Shown in pieces: positions 34,890-47,679 of a DNA stretch of 64,000 nucleotides. Source of the stretch: Takakia lepidozioides (lineage: Eukaryota; Plantae; Bryophyta). The stretch covers positions 6,076,001 through 6,140,000 of the forward strand of contig CM060733.1 in assembly GCA_030704615.1 (NCBI GenBank). The letters run 5' to 3'. A program made the translations under genes and the position numbers. The notes beneath the pieces are model-generated. The model did no database searches, was not told the DNA's origin, and saw only the letters and a list, made by a program, of their open reading frames with translations. Positions within the stretch are counted from its first letter, which is position 1. Each line of letters begins with the position of its first letter.

Positions 34890-37800
34890 TTCGATCGACA
34901 ACACATTGAAAGCCTGAACATATCCCCGAATGTCATCCGTTTGCTTCAAATTCCTCATCTTGTCTCGGGCAAGCCAGGATGCGTTGAGGGGCACAAACTG
35001 TCTTTTCATAAGTTCTTTGAACCTACTCCAGCTCAAGGTTTTTGGGTTTGGACCTTGGTCATGAAGGCGTTTCTGCCACCATTGTTGGGCATAGCCCCTC
35101 AAATAGGTGGGAGCCACTTCCACCCGATCTTCATTACTCAACTTGGCCGCCCAGAAGTACTGCTCTAGCTCCAAGAGCCAGGTGTTGAGTGCCTTCCGAT
35201 TTCAGACGCCCTCGAAGGTGCCGGGTTCCTTAGGCTTCACCTTAAACTTTGCATTAGTGGAAGTGGCAGTAGCCGCCATCAATACGTCTTTCAACGTCCC
35301 GCCAATCTGCGCCAACAACCCTTCCCAAAAGGTTGCTGGCATGGGAGACATCTGTTGGTATGGCGGAGCCTTTGGGAAGTCCTCGGGCTCCGACTCCCAA
35401 AATTCCTCCCGTTCTTGAGCGGCCTCGCTTTCAGAAGCATGAATCGTCTCTTCCAAGTGCCGCTTCGGTGACACATCGCCCCCACCGGGCTCACCAGGAT
35501 CATCATCTTTCGGGCCGTTCCGCTTTCGCTTTGTCTTGCCCGACCCCATGATGAGGCCGATCTCAAGCATGATCGCGTACTGAACTCTAAGCTCTGATAC
35601 CAAGTGTCGTGCACCTCCCTTCGGTAAGCTCCCCTTCACGTCATAGTTACTCGCTTTGATGCGCGCGCCTAACTCCCAAACTGGCTGCCGGGCCAACTCG
35701 GAGCTTCGGCTGCTCACGGGACATAACGGTCCCCCTTTGCTCCTCCACAAGACCCTCGCTCACTTTGGGCCTAGTGGAAATTCCCTTTGGTTGTTGGCAG
35801 TCCGGAACAGCTCCCCACACCTTGGTCGCTTTCCGGCTCGCACGCTTACTCACTAGTTTTTGGTCACCAACGGGCTTGCACCGTTCTTGGGGTTACTACT
35901 CCCTATACATACTTCTTTGACTGTCCACGGGGGTTTCACAAACAACACCGTCCTTTTATGACAAACCACCACGAAGACCCTTGACTCCCGGTGATGAGTC
36001 GCGGTGAGTCTTGGCCCACCCACCACGGCCCCAATGGACAGTGATGAGTCCCAAGACTCCCCACGACTTCCACCACAAGGTCTCCGCCCCATGGTGAGTC
36101 CTATCCACCCCCACTAAGATCCACTAAGCTACCACCACCTCTCATGGAACCACCCCCACCGCAACTCGGTGTGCGGGGTTCCACCTAGTGAGCGCCTTCG
36201 CCTCCTTGAGTGCCTTGGGCACTCAAGCGTGCTTCAGCCCCGTACCTATTGTTGCCATTGCCCCCACCACAGGGGCAGCCCCTCTTGTGTCCCGACCCCC
36301 TTGCCCTCAAGGCAAAGGGCCGCGACATGCTTGCAACCAAAACTAAGTGCACAAGCTTCCCTTTAACTCCCAAAACATCGCCATTGATCCCTATGGCGAC
36401 TAGCCAAACATGGCTGACTTCCAGCCCTAGTAGGTAGTCATTCACGCACTTTCCTTGACCATAGCATGCCCCTTCGCACCTAATCCAGCTCCTGCACATG
36501 CTGCTTCAAGAGTCGTGCTCTATCTAGGCTTGAAGTTGAAACCCCAACTCAAAACATGCTCTACAAGTGCTTTTCTTTCACCCAAGTGGAAACCAGCCCT
36601 AGCCCTTCCATTCTAGCCTCTAAAGCTTGAAAACAAAAGCCTCAATGGACTGAAGACATGCTCCACACATGCCCCACTCTCACCATAAGAGAATCAGCCT
36701 CTTTGCTTCCTTTCATGCACCCACAAACCTGAAAATACAAGCCTTCAACGGGCTGAAAGCATGCTCCACACGTGCCTTACAGGGAAACCAGTCCCTTCCT
36801 TCCTTTCTTGCACTCCCAAATAACAAGCCTTCAACGGGCTGAAAACATGCTCCACACATGCATTGCCCTCACATAAGGGAAATCAGCCCTTCCCTCTTCA
36901 TTGCTTGCCCTCCAAGCTTGAAGATGAAAGCTTCAATGGGCTGAATGCATGCTCCATACATGCAACCCCTTTACACAAGAGGTATCAGCCCCCTATCTTG
37001 GCTCCTTGGCTCGTTGATGCTCTCTAAAACAAGACTAAGCAATCTATAGCCTTTGCCAAGCTCCTGCAACCCTAAGGTTTACATTTCCAGCCACAAGACA
37101 CTCCCCTTGTGATGCATGAGCTCCTCTTCCAAGCTTTGAAACCCTAGGCACATTCCATGGCCTTGCCGCACCTCTTAGCTCCTGTTCCAGCCCTATTCTT
37201 GCCATGGCAAGAGCCCTTATATTGCTGGAGTTTCAGATTGAAACTTCCAACTCAACATAGCCACAAATGCATTGGCTTGCATACAAGGAAAACTAGCCCT
37301 CTCTCTTCACTTCTACCTCCTCATGAGCTTGAAGTTGGAGCTCCCAATAGCTGCGACTTGCATCTAACACCTTCGCAGCTCCACACTCACCACACGTGGT
37401 TGCCACAACATTGAGCTATGCAACACCGCTCTTCACCATAGGCTGCCCGCCTCTATATCCATTGCAAACCTGAAACCTGTTCGCCTTCACACCCTATCCG
37501 CTTTGGATAGGCTCATGCAATGATCCCTGCTCTTCTCAAGATCTGCAAAGCAGTTGCTTCTCATCTGAAAACACACAAGTGCTAACAACTAACTCGTATC
37601 TAGCACTCACAGATACGAGCTGATCTTTCTTGAGTGATAAAGAAGAAGAATACAATCATAAGCTCATGCGAGCTCACAAAGCTGAAGCATAAACTCATGT
37701 ATATATAAACTCATCACTCAAATACAAGTCAAGCCAAATGCACCCCACGCCATGGGATTCCACACTACGGCGCCATAGCTAGGCGTGGTGAGGCTCATCA

Positions 37801-37963
37801 ACTCGAGAAAGATGAGCCTCCCGTGCTTGCCATGAAGATAACCACTCCAGGGTCTAAATCTGCCTTGACCTCTGGATTGATACTTGGGCCAATCCCAAAT
37901 GTCAATATGTAAAAGCTAGCTATTTCCTAGCTAGTTTCACACTAGTGGTGAAATAACTTGACA
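34890..37963 (-). mobile_element. 5' part of a second Ty3/Gypsy element: LTR (37963-35605), PBS and truncated gag
   Basis: LTR TGTCAAG...GCACGACA (~2.36 kb) and PBS TGGTATCAGAGC (35602-35591). Gag starts at ~35549 with KPKEPGTFEG*...WLLELEQYF...YLRGYAQQWW...SWSRFKELMKRQF...LKQTDDIRGYVQAF, and is cut by the CACTA end at 34889. Confidence 0.92.
35591..35602 (-). promoter_or_regulatory. Primer-binding site, tRNA-iMet
   Basis: TGGTATCAGAGC two bases after the LTR-terminal CA. Confidence 0.93.
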
Positions 37964-38012
37964 ACTGAATTGTTGTCACAAATCACAAAGATGTCACAAA
38001 GGTGTTCACCTT
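37964..38012 (+). mobile_element. 3' portion of a family-1 SINE abutting the LTR
   Basis: actgaattgttgtcacaaa...tgtcacaaaggtgttcacct matches the post-B-box part of the 22098 and 59931 copies. Confidence 0.55.
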
Positions 38013-38079
38013 CAGTTTCCTTTCTTTAAAAAAAAAAAAAAAAACTGAATTTTGAAGATTTGTGAGCGGTCGCTCCCGT

Positions 38080-41000
38080 GTTTTTTATTTTTATTTTTTT
38101 TAAGAGAACAGGGGGCAGTGGCCCCAGAAAATTTATTAAAGTAAGTAAAAAATATTCTTACAGAAGGCCATGAAGGCAGTAGAGAGAGGTTCCACTCCGA
38201 GCCAACAGTGCAAACAAATAGAGTAAGAAAAGAAGGAGCTAAGGCAGAGCTGAGATGCAGATACAAGGCACTACTGCACTAGTGCTAGCCTGCAAAACAC
38301 AGAGAAAGGCAAGATGGAGCAGAACTGCAGAATCAAAGCACTACAACACTAATGCTAGCCTACAAAACAAAGAGAATGACAAGGTGGGGCTGTAATGCAG
38401 AAACAGACACTACTGCATTAGTGCAAGCCTACAAAACAGATAGAAAAGACATGGAACAAATTCCTAAGAAGAGCCTAAGAGCACTGAAACTACATGTTGT
38501 TTCTCTTCTTTTTGGGGGCCTCAAAAGACAATTGAGTCTTGGACTTCGCTTTCGTAAGCCTCTGCTTGTGCCTCCAATTGACCTGTGCTTCTTCCGCATC
38601 CAAATTAAAGGAGAATGCCTAGTACTGACAAAGCTACCAGTAGGTAGGGATGTCTTCTTGCCACACAATTTGAGACTCTATAATTCTCCTGCAGAAGAAA
38701 CCACCTTTACCCCAAGAGCTGTCGAAGGTTGCGAGGAGCTGAGTCTTTCTCCTATTTCCACATTTGGCAATAGCTGTCACAAGAACACACCAGGACTTAC
38801 GAGCTTCAGACTTTAAGTCTGAGTGAGGTAAGAACAAAACCTTTTGCAGACAGGGCAGTGCATTCTGGAACACAATTGAACACCTTATTTTCCATATATG
38901 CCAGAGAACAATGCCTCTGAGGGACTCCCAAAAAGGACAGGAACATAACACGCCCCCATCCTTAATATTGAGAAGAAGAGTAGAAGCAGAATAGATAAGA
39001 TCTTTGTCTCCAGAAAACATAGAGAAAAGTAGCACGGGCCCAAACAGCGGCAGCAAAGGGACAAGCTGAAATAAGGCAGTGCTCTAGACCTCCGGAGAGT
39101 TCATACTGCACGTAAGACAAAGAGAGGTAGGGTCAAAGATGTAGCTTCCAACAGGAAGAATTCTGTTAGCAACCCTCCATAGAAAAGATGAAATCTTTGC
39201 AGACCTGTGCTTATTCCAAATATCTGTCCAAACCAGATTCCAAGGAGCAGAATGCCCCAAAAGGTGAGCCCATTTTTTGGTCCATTTCCCAAGTCAAAGG
39301 TATGTTTAGGCATCAACAAAGAGTTGCCCAGCTTTACCGAATAGGAAAAAAAAAATTGTCATGCTTTTTGGGCATCCACCGCCATTCACCGGGATCGAAT
39401 TGAAGGAATCTCACCGGAGTAGAGAGAAACCAATAGAAGGAATTGTTGTAATGCTAAAGCTCAACAGGAGGGGACGGGTTTATTTACCAAAGGTGGAACA
39501 TAGAACTCTGATATCGTACCAGTCAGTATTGACAAGAAGATGAGCTTCTTGGGGGCAGGTCAAGATGTCGTTTCCTTGCATACTCAAAGTTGTACCCCTG
39601 AAGTGGTCTCTGGCCAAGGCTGTAGCATACATGACCTTTGGGCCAGCCCCAGAGGAAAACCCCAGCCATCTAGGAAGTTTCAGGTGTTGACGATTGAAGA
39701 AAAGGTGTAACCACTCTAGGGAAGGCTACCCATGATGGTATCCCACCCTAAGGCTACCCTTCTGGAGGAAAAACCAACTACAGCAACATCAGAGAAATTG
39801 CAGAGCCTGAATCTACATCCCAAAAATGTAGAAGATGAGACAGACCTGCATGCTCCCACTGAAGACCATCTTTTAGAGCAATGGACAAGGTCTTCTAAAT
39901 CTCAGTTGTAATATTTACTAAACAACGGCTGTCTGATAACTTCATCAAATGTAGAAGGCATCGTTTGAACAAGGAAACCCCTCAACTTCCACCAAACCGA
40001 CCAAATAGTTTGCCAAGCTTTTGACCCAACTCCAGGGTTAACATTCGTGGAACCACCTTGCATGGCCCACTTGAGGGAAGCAAGCCACAAGGGGCTTGTT
40101 TTTGGAGTTGCTGCAGTGATATGGTGCCTAACTAATCTACTCTAGGGATTCTCAAGGAGGGTGAAGACCCTTGGCACCTATTTCGCTAACAGATCCACAA
40201 TCTGGGATTGTGGGTCAAGAACTCCAAGGCCTCCATGTTTCTTCTTTGACACGTTTGCACCCAGCTGACAAGAGTCCTTTTATTTGCAAATGCTGAAGTA
40301 ACACCCCAAATGAAGTTGCGAACCATCGATTTAATCTTGATGATGGAAGTCTCCGGAGACCAGACCAAAGCAATGAACCATGTTGAGGTAAGAATGATTT
40401 GATTGGCTACTAGTGCTCTGCCTAACACAGTTAAATGAAGTGAACTCCAATATGCAAGCTTTTGCTTCAACCTAGAAAGAACATCCGCAAAGCAACACTC
40501 ATCAGTAAGGCCATGGCCAATCTGATGACCTAATGACTCATGCATCTGCCCATCACATAGCCATTTAAGCCCCAAATCCTCACCCCAAGGGTCACAGTGA
40601 GATGATCTGGAACCCGCTGGTAGGATGCTCTAAAGCCCCACAGACTTCTCCCAGTTAATCTTCAAACCAGAAGCTTCACAAAAACACATGGGTGGAAGAA
40701 CTAAGTAGTATCATCAGCATATAGGGATGATCTGATGGAAGAGGAAAGGTTCAATGATGGGGAGTGGGGGATAATAAGACCTAGTGAGTCATTCCTTATA
40801 TCCATGAGGTGACCCAATCCATCAGCTGCAATGAGAAAAAGGAACGGGGCTAAGGGGCAGCCTTGTCTAAGAAAATTTGAAGAGAAGAAATGATTTTGAA
40901 ATAGCACCATTAATTATCTTCACTCTACTTGATGCAGATGAGAGAAGGATACCAATCCAAGACAGGAAATTGCCGATAACACCCGCGGCTTCCAAAGCTC

Positions 41001-41590
41001 CAAGGAAATATTTCCAATTTATGTTATCAAAGGCCTTCTGGAAGTCAATCATCAGCAGGGCTAAGGGTTGCTAAGCACATTGCGTCGTATGAAGGGATTT
41101 ATTAGTGAGCAAGATGTTGTCAAGAATCATCCTGTTTTTTAGGAAGCCGGTTTGCTCAGGTCTTATGAGCTTGGGTAGCAGGGGTTCCAGCCTCAATGCA
41201 AGAGCTTTCGCCAAGATTTTACTGTACGTGGAGTTCAGCAATGTGATCGGCCTGTAGTTTGAAAGGTTATCACGATTCTTTTTTTTCGTAAATAAGAGTG
41301 ATCACTTGCGAAAGCTGAGAGGGTATGATCCCTTTCTGGAGAATGTCGTTGGCCATGTTTAGGAAGTCTTCCCCTAGACATTCCCACATTCCTTTGAAGA
41401 ACTCCATTGGCAGACCATCAAGTCGAGGGGTCTTCATGGAACTTAATGATTCAGTTGCTTGAAGAAGTTCCATGGTTGTGACAGGCTTGGAAAGCGTAGC
41501 TTGATCAGCAGCAGACAGCAAGGAAGGGAAGGATTTGAGGACCTCTGCCTTGGAATCTTCAGAGCCAACACCCTCTCGCATGGAAAAGAG
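38080..41590 (-). mobile_element. 5'-truncated degenerate L1-clade LINE (RT, C-terminal Cys-rich region, 3' UTR, A-tail)
   Basis: KTPRLDGLPMEFFK, IDFQKAFDNINW, LRQGCPLAPFLF, LYADDT, GRALVANQII, LWHIWKIRCSIVF. The 3' UTR has ~69-bp repeats (38268-38440), an AATAAA and a T-run on the + strand near 38080-38100. Confidence 0.93.
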
Positions 41591-41594
41591 AGCG

Positions 41595-41783
41595 TATTTT
41601 CGTTTTTTTTTTCCTTAAAGAGAAAGGGGAGGTAGCCTTTGAGAGCTTTATTGATGATTATTGAAGGGAAAAAATTAAACCCTTACATGCCAGAAGGCGG
41701 CCATGAGGCAAATACACGGAGACCGTGATAGATGATCCGAGGAGCAATACACAACTGATTCGAAACCAGTCGTTGTTGTTGTT

Positions 41784-41829
<46 letters not shown>

Positions 41830-43690
41830 CGTTTTGTGAAAGGGGATGAGGCCCTTGTTAGTTTTATTGAATATTATTTGAAGGGAAAAAAATTAAAACC
41901 CTTACATGCCCGTAGGCTGCCATGAGGCCTATCCCACGATAAACGTGTTGGAGAATCCATGAGAATAGAGACCGAATGCCTGCCATGAGGCAAAAAGAGC
42001 TGATTTTTGTCTAGGACCTAGATCTGAAGGAGCGCCCAAGCTAGGGATCTGACTTATGAGGATGAGACTGATGGCGAAAAAAGGGGGGCGGTAAGACCAT
42101 TATGACCAAGGTGACAGGCGGATCGTTGATGAGGAAGACCAAACAGAAGCTCTGACTAAGGGAAACACTGATTGCATGGAATCTATCCTAAGAACTGTAA
42201 TCGAGCTCGAGAGGCCACCTTCACATGTTTCCAGTTGATGTTTGATTTGTCAAATTCCAGAGATGCCGAAGATGAGGGACCAATGCCTCCAAGGGTCGGG
42301 AATTCCTCGAGGCCACTCGCATGAGCCTGCTCCAGTGCATCTGCAAATGAGTCCGTCCCTCCTCCACGTGTCCTGGAAAATGGCGAGGATGGTGAACTGG
42401 CGTTGAGGCTTCCTGGCGACCTCTACACACATTTTTGCCCAAGCCAGTTTAGCAGGAACCGTCAAGTCAAAAAACACTTGAATGAGGATGGCGGTGGCCG
42501 AGGTATTGTGAGAGTCCAAAGTCCATCTGCATCTGGCTTTCCATAATTGCCATAGAGTTGCAGATCTTAAGGTTTCAAAAACTGGACAGTCTGAGGCCCT
42601 GGATTTTTCGTTGTGATTGTAGTTGAGAAGCAAGGCAATGGGTCCCAAAGGGGGTTGTCCCCAAGGGCGATAGAAGGGTAGGACTAGGTGCCATATCATC
42701 ATTGGGGCAATGCAGAAAAGAAGGTAGTGTTCCAAGCTTTCAATCGTATCTATTGAACAACATTTGCATAGGAGAGCGTCCTGGAATCCTAGATATTGCC
42801 CTACCTTCAATACCCTGTTGGCTATTTGCCAGAGAAAAGCACTGAGCTTTGCTGGTTTTTCCTTGTCCCAGATCAGACTCCAAATACTGTTCCAATTTTC
42901 CATTATAAAGCCCGCGTGCCCCCATCTAGTGTTCCATTTGACATAAAAGGAACTGGTTTTGTTAAGTGCCCTGTAAGCCTTTTTCGAAGAGAAAGCAAAG
43001 AAGGGCTGGGGGGAGGTTTTGAATTTCCAAAGCCATTCAGCCAGGTCTATATGCTGATTTTGCAGTTGATGGCCTCCAATCCAGGTGAACTTTTCTTTTG
43101 CCACCCAGGCTGAGGTGGGGGACCCCAATGGTTGAAGTCTTTTGAATCTGAGCTCCATTGACTGGCCTTGCTCTCGCCGAGGGGGTAATGGCTTCTTGAG
43201 GACTCAGAAGAGACAACATTCCAGAGAAGGGGTCAGCTAGGAACCTGTAACCTATGAGCATTGCATTCTGTATTGCGGTAACATAAAGGATTTGGAACTC
43301 CCTGTCTTCAAACATCACCCATTGGGTTGGCCTTATTGGGAGATCACTTGCAGCAAGCAGCGTTCTCCAAGGGTCTGGGACAGAGGCTAGGACTAGATGA
43401 ATTCCGGAAGTCAGTCTGCGGGAACCCAAAGCATCTTGGAGAGAAGCTGGCGTGCTGATCCAGAGGTCACTTACTTTGCTAATGCCCCTAGTCTCCCAAG
43501 CCGTACACCTTTTGGCTTGCTCTTTCTCTAGCGGGGATGGATTGGCCGAGTTGAGGAAGAGTTGTTGTCTGAGGGTTTCTTGGAAGGTAGTGGGTGCTTG
43601 CTTGATCAAAAAAGGCCTAAACCTGTTCCATGCTCTCCATATGGAGGTCCATAGGGGAGATCCCGCTATCTTGTGGTTGAAACCTTGAGA
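41595..43690 (-). mobile_element. Second 5'-truncated L1-clade LINE with long poly(A) tail, plus an extra short 3'-end copy
   Basis: zf-RVT-like region FSSKKAYR...WSLIW...KLSAFLWQIANRVL...CKCC..ESLEHYLLFC...LWQLWKARC (42250-43158). T-run at ~41785-41829. Related 3'-end sequence is repeated at 41600-41710. Confidence 0.92.
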
Positions 43691-44146
43691 AGATAGTGGG
43701 TATTTTCCTTTTCAAAGGGCCCTGTTTCGTCAAAGGAAAGAAAAAAAAAAAACAACTTAATCGGACCGTCTTCCAGTCCTCGCTTTGTCCAATTTTCCAC
43801 GAGTTTCATTGGACAGCAGTGCCACGATGGCAGCGTCCTACTTTGCCGTGCAATGAGTGAAGCCACTCTTGATTCGCCACGCGGCGAGTGGTCCTTAGTG
43901 AAATGGTCCCACTCTTTCCCGCTCCCCGAGACTGAGAACGCGATCGGAATTGGTGGTTACGATGTGTCATGGCCGGGGGATTTTTTCTTGGCTGCGCTGC
44001 GAGTTCTGTGAGGCAGATCTGAGTTTTGGTTTCTCCCAAGGGAGGCGAGTGGTTGTTGTTGTTGTTGATGTTGCAGAGGCTGTAGGTCCTGGTACTAAGT
44101 TTGTGCAAAGAGGAGGAGGTGTCTGGAGTGTCTTTATCTGTTTCTG

Positions 44147-46940
44147 ATGGCGGCAATATTTCTCCATCCTGCGCGTGGGTGGACATCAAGCGTGCAAGCT
44201 GCATCCTCTCAGGAACAGCTTAGTCAAAGTAGGCGAACTTGTCTTAGGAGTTGTTGCAAACAAAGGCAGCTCGGCAGACGCACAGTTCTGCTGGAGAGCG
44301 AATTGATAAGGAATAGACGCGGAAATATGATGGCTGTGCAACATGGAGCACAGAAGCGGTTACTGGTGGACGTTAGAGCAGGTTTCGAAGAACTAGCTCA
44401 CAACCAGGCAAGGACAATTGCAGACAGTTTTGTGACTTATGTAGCCATTGACTGGTTCATCGATGAACCGTGGGAGATAAGCGAATATTTAGCCTATAAC
44501 AACATTACTTGATTTGTCACTTCGTGTGTCCAATCCAAATGCGAGAGTTGTGCAAGTAGCGTGTAGAGGAGCGTTCGGAAGTGAAATTCAGTCCTTGTGC
44601 AGGGATATCACTTGGAAGAGTGATGTTAACCGAAATTGAGTGTCCACCTATGTCTGCCTATTGGTGCGCCGAATTCTCGAATAATGAAGTTAGAAGCTGG
44701 CATGTCATAATAATGGCTGCCATACAGGTAAGTAGTTGTTAATGTGGAATGCTTGTCGTCTTAAGTTTAAGCATTGGTCGAAGAAGGACTTCATTGTGAA
44801 TCAAGAGATTTGCTATAGGGGAAATTGGACCCCGGACTGGGATCTTGCATTTTTCTTCCTTTGATTACTCAAAGAGCAGGTGGCGATTTCTAGCCACTTC
44901 AGCCTGTGATACAACACGTTGTGTCTGCTATCCTGAACCTCTGCCCTCTTAAGCCTGTCATGCGCATTATGCCTTGTAAGTTGTGTGCTAAACTTGGCAC
45001 ACCTGTAGTTCTGGTATTGTTGCGACCTAATTGACCATGTTTTAGGGAAAGAGAGGGTGGAATTATGTTATTCATGGTAACCTCACATTTTAGTGAATGA
45101 CCTCACATTTTGCTGCGTCTTGACTTGTAACTACTCTCTGTCAATGTGGACAGATTCTATGCTCTTCAGTTGCTGCAGGCATACTAGGGCAGCTCACAAA
45201 GCCCTTCTCCTCAGCTGTGTCTGGGAAAGGGTTCAACTGGAAGCTTGTGACTAAGTCTGGTGGTATGCCTTCCTCCCATTCTGCTGTAAGCACCCCTTCC
45301 TTTGCTCTTGGCTCCACGTGTCACACTGTTAGGAGTGAGTGTTTGTTAAGATAAACTGGCAATCACTCCATTGTGTTTTATTTGGCAAGCAACACTCTCT
45401 CAGCAAAACCTGAGGTTGAAATTGTGATGGATACTGTGCAGCTTGTGACCGCAGCTGCAACAGCTATTGCTTTTGAAAGGTATTCATGTGGATGATTTAC
45501 TTGAGGTTGCTATTGATACTTGTGTCAGATGTGTTTTTTCCTTTAAGAAGTTGCTGTTTAGTAGTACTACGGCTTACTACAGGTGCTACAGCCTTGTTAG
45601 GCCCAGGTAGTTTGTCTTGTGAAGTTACCTTACAAGAATGTTCATGCCAATGTTGTGCATTGTGCTTTACAAATTTTGGCTGAGTATGTGGGCACGGGGG
45701 CCCCTAAAGCCAGTCAAGTCTCTGCCCTGTTGGAAGCTTTGGATCAATGTATGCAGTAGAGCACACCCTCAGATAGTATGGACAGTCAACAAACTTGCTT
45801 CCTGCGCTAATTAGCTTTGTTTGCATGGTGGTGCTGGCAGGGGTTTGTCTGATGGAGTGTTTGGCTTGTCGATGGTGCTAGCAGGGATTGTTATGTATGA
45901 TGCCCAAGTAAGTAGCAACTATCAATCATTCTCATGAGATTTGTAGTGAAAGTACCTCTCATGAGTTGCAAGATCAAAGAGTTCAGCGCTCCTACTGACC
46001 AACCTCAATATTAGTGATCCACTGTCACATTCGACCTTTGGGCACAATTATGGAGATGCCTAGCAGAAGTGAGGGGTCTGAGCTGGGAAGAGTTGACTCC
46101 AACCTTAACTTCCTGTCCAACATGGAATGAGTGATGGACACTCATTTCTGCTTGTCTCTAGAAGCCATGCCTTCACATTTCTATGCTGCATCATCCGTCA
46201 TAGGCTGCTGTCAAATTTTACAGCTACCAGCAGTCAAATCTATAGTTTCGGCACTTAGAGGATCCCTGTATGGTGTATGAACCTCATCTGAAAGAGGCAT
46301 GTGTTGAAGTCTATGCACACTGCATTGCTGCCTCTCTAAGCTGTAGAGTTGTAAGTGAAGCACCGGGTGCTCAATCTCCGACTTGATGCAGGGGGTGAGA
46401 AATGCAGTTGGAAAACAAGCAAAAGTTATCAACACAATGGTGGTCACATATATGCCTGTGCCTCATTCTCGAACTGCCAATACCTCCTTGGCTCCCTCCC
46501 CTTCTGCAATTGGTTCAGAACTTGTCAGTGGCCCTGTGAAAGCTGAGCTGGCTTTTATGGCAAGTGTTGACTCCCCAGCTCCAACACCAAGAGTCTCATC
46601 AGCCACAGCAACAATGTACAAGGGTGAAGATCAGCCCGCAGAGTCTTGTGCAGTAGAAGATGCCTCATCCAACAATTCAGAATTGCCAGAACTTGCTAAT
46701 GGAGCAGCCAATGCAACTAATGGAGCCTACATCAGACCAAACAAATTCTTCGAGATGGCAGAACAGCTCCCAAGCATGAGGGAGGGTCAAGTTGATATAC
46801 AGGAACTAGGGTCCCAAGATGGGTGGCGCAACATACCATTGAAGGAATCCATTGGGCACACAAAACTAGAAGTCTTTGCTGGAGGTGTGTGGGGGGTTCT
46901 GATCTCATATGCTCTTCACTCCACATTTGTTAACCATTGA
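44147..46940 (+). CDS. DUF212 / divergent PAP2 (acid phosphatase/vanadium haloperoxidase-related) membrane protein, probably plastid-targeted
   Basis: Exons 44147-44407, 45154-45285, 45442-45479, 45841-45907 and 46392-46940 splice in frame. Motifs ELAHNQ, GQLTKPF, SGGMPSSHSA, IVMYDAQGVR, LKESIGHT..EVFAG. Intron 1 uses a GC donor. Confidence 0.92.
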
Positions 46941-47679
46941 GGCTCCCTTCTTCTTGTGTTGGCATTAGTTGTGGTGTGCTTGGTTAGACAAGTTACATAC
47001 AATCTATTCGACTAAGGAAATTGAAGTTCTTGTAGAGCATCCTTCTAGATTTGAGAGTTTTCAAAGGACCTTTCAGCTCACAATGTAGGCAAGTGCTACA
47101 AGTGATAAAAATCAACCGACTAACATAATTGAAATCCCAGAGCACTGGACTCAGCAATTTACCCTTGTATCAGGTTGGTATAATGGAACAGAAATAAACA
47201 GGTAGCATTTTCTTGTTGGTGACTTGGCCAAATCAACATATTGATCAAAATAAAAAATTGGTCTTTCAGCATCTAACAAATGTCACCGAGCGATCATGGA
47301 TTCAAAGCTATAGGGGTGTATAATAGATTGCACCCATTAGGAACAAACCAGCTATATAAAAAAAATAACTTGGTATTTGCTGCCCCAATTATGGTGTCCT
47401 CTTTCCCACCGCTAGTATGAAGAGACCTCTTTTTAAAAAACTCCGTCTTCCACACCCTTTTTTGTAGATACACAAAAACCTGTTAGTTATACCAATCTGA
47501 TGCAGTTAGTTATCTGCTTATATCTGATATACTGTTCTCTGTAACTATCAGAAACTAATTAGTACAATAGACCTGCAGATGAGTTGCTCTCGTAACTTTC
47601 AATATCTTTGCTCTGGTCTGCTAACTAAATGGGCTTTTCTTCAGGGTCTCCCAAACATGCGGAAAGAAAGGCCTTGGAC

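Noticed and set aside
34404-35174. 256-aa ORF as a single protein
   Set aside because: Chimeric: gag to 34890, then read-through into the non-coding CACTA terminus. Other ORFs in 34008-35168 are GC-rich repeat artefacts.
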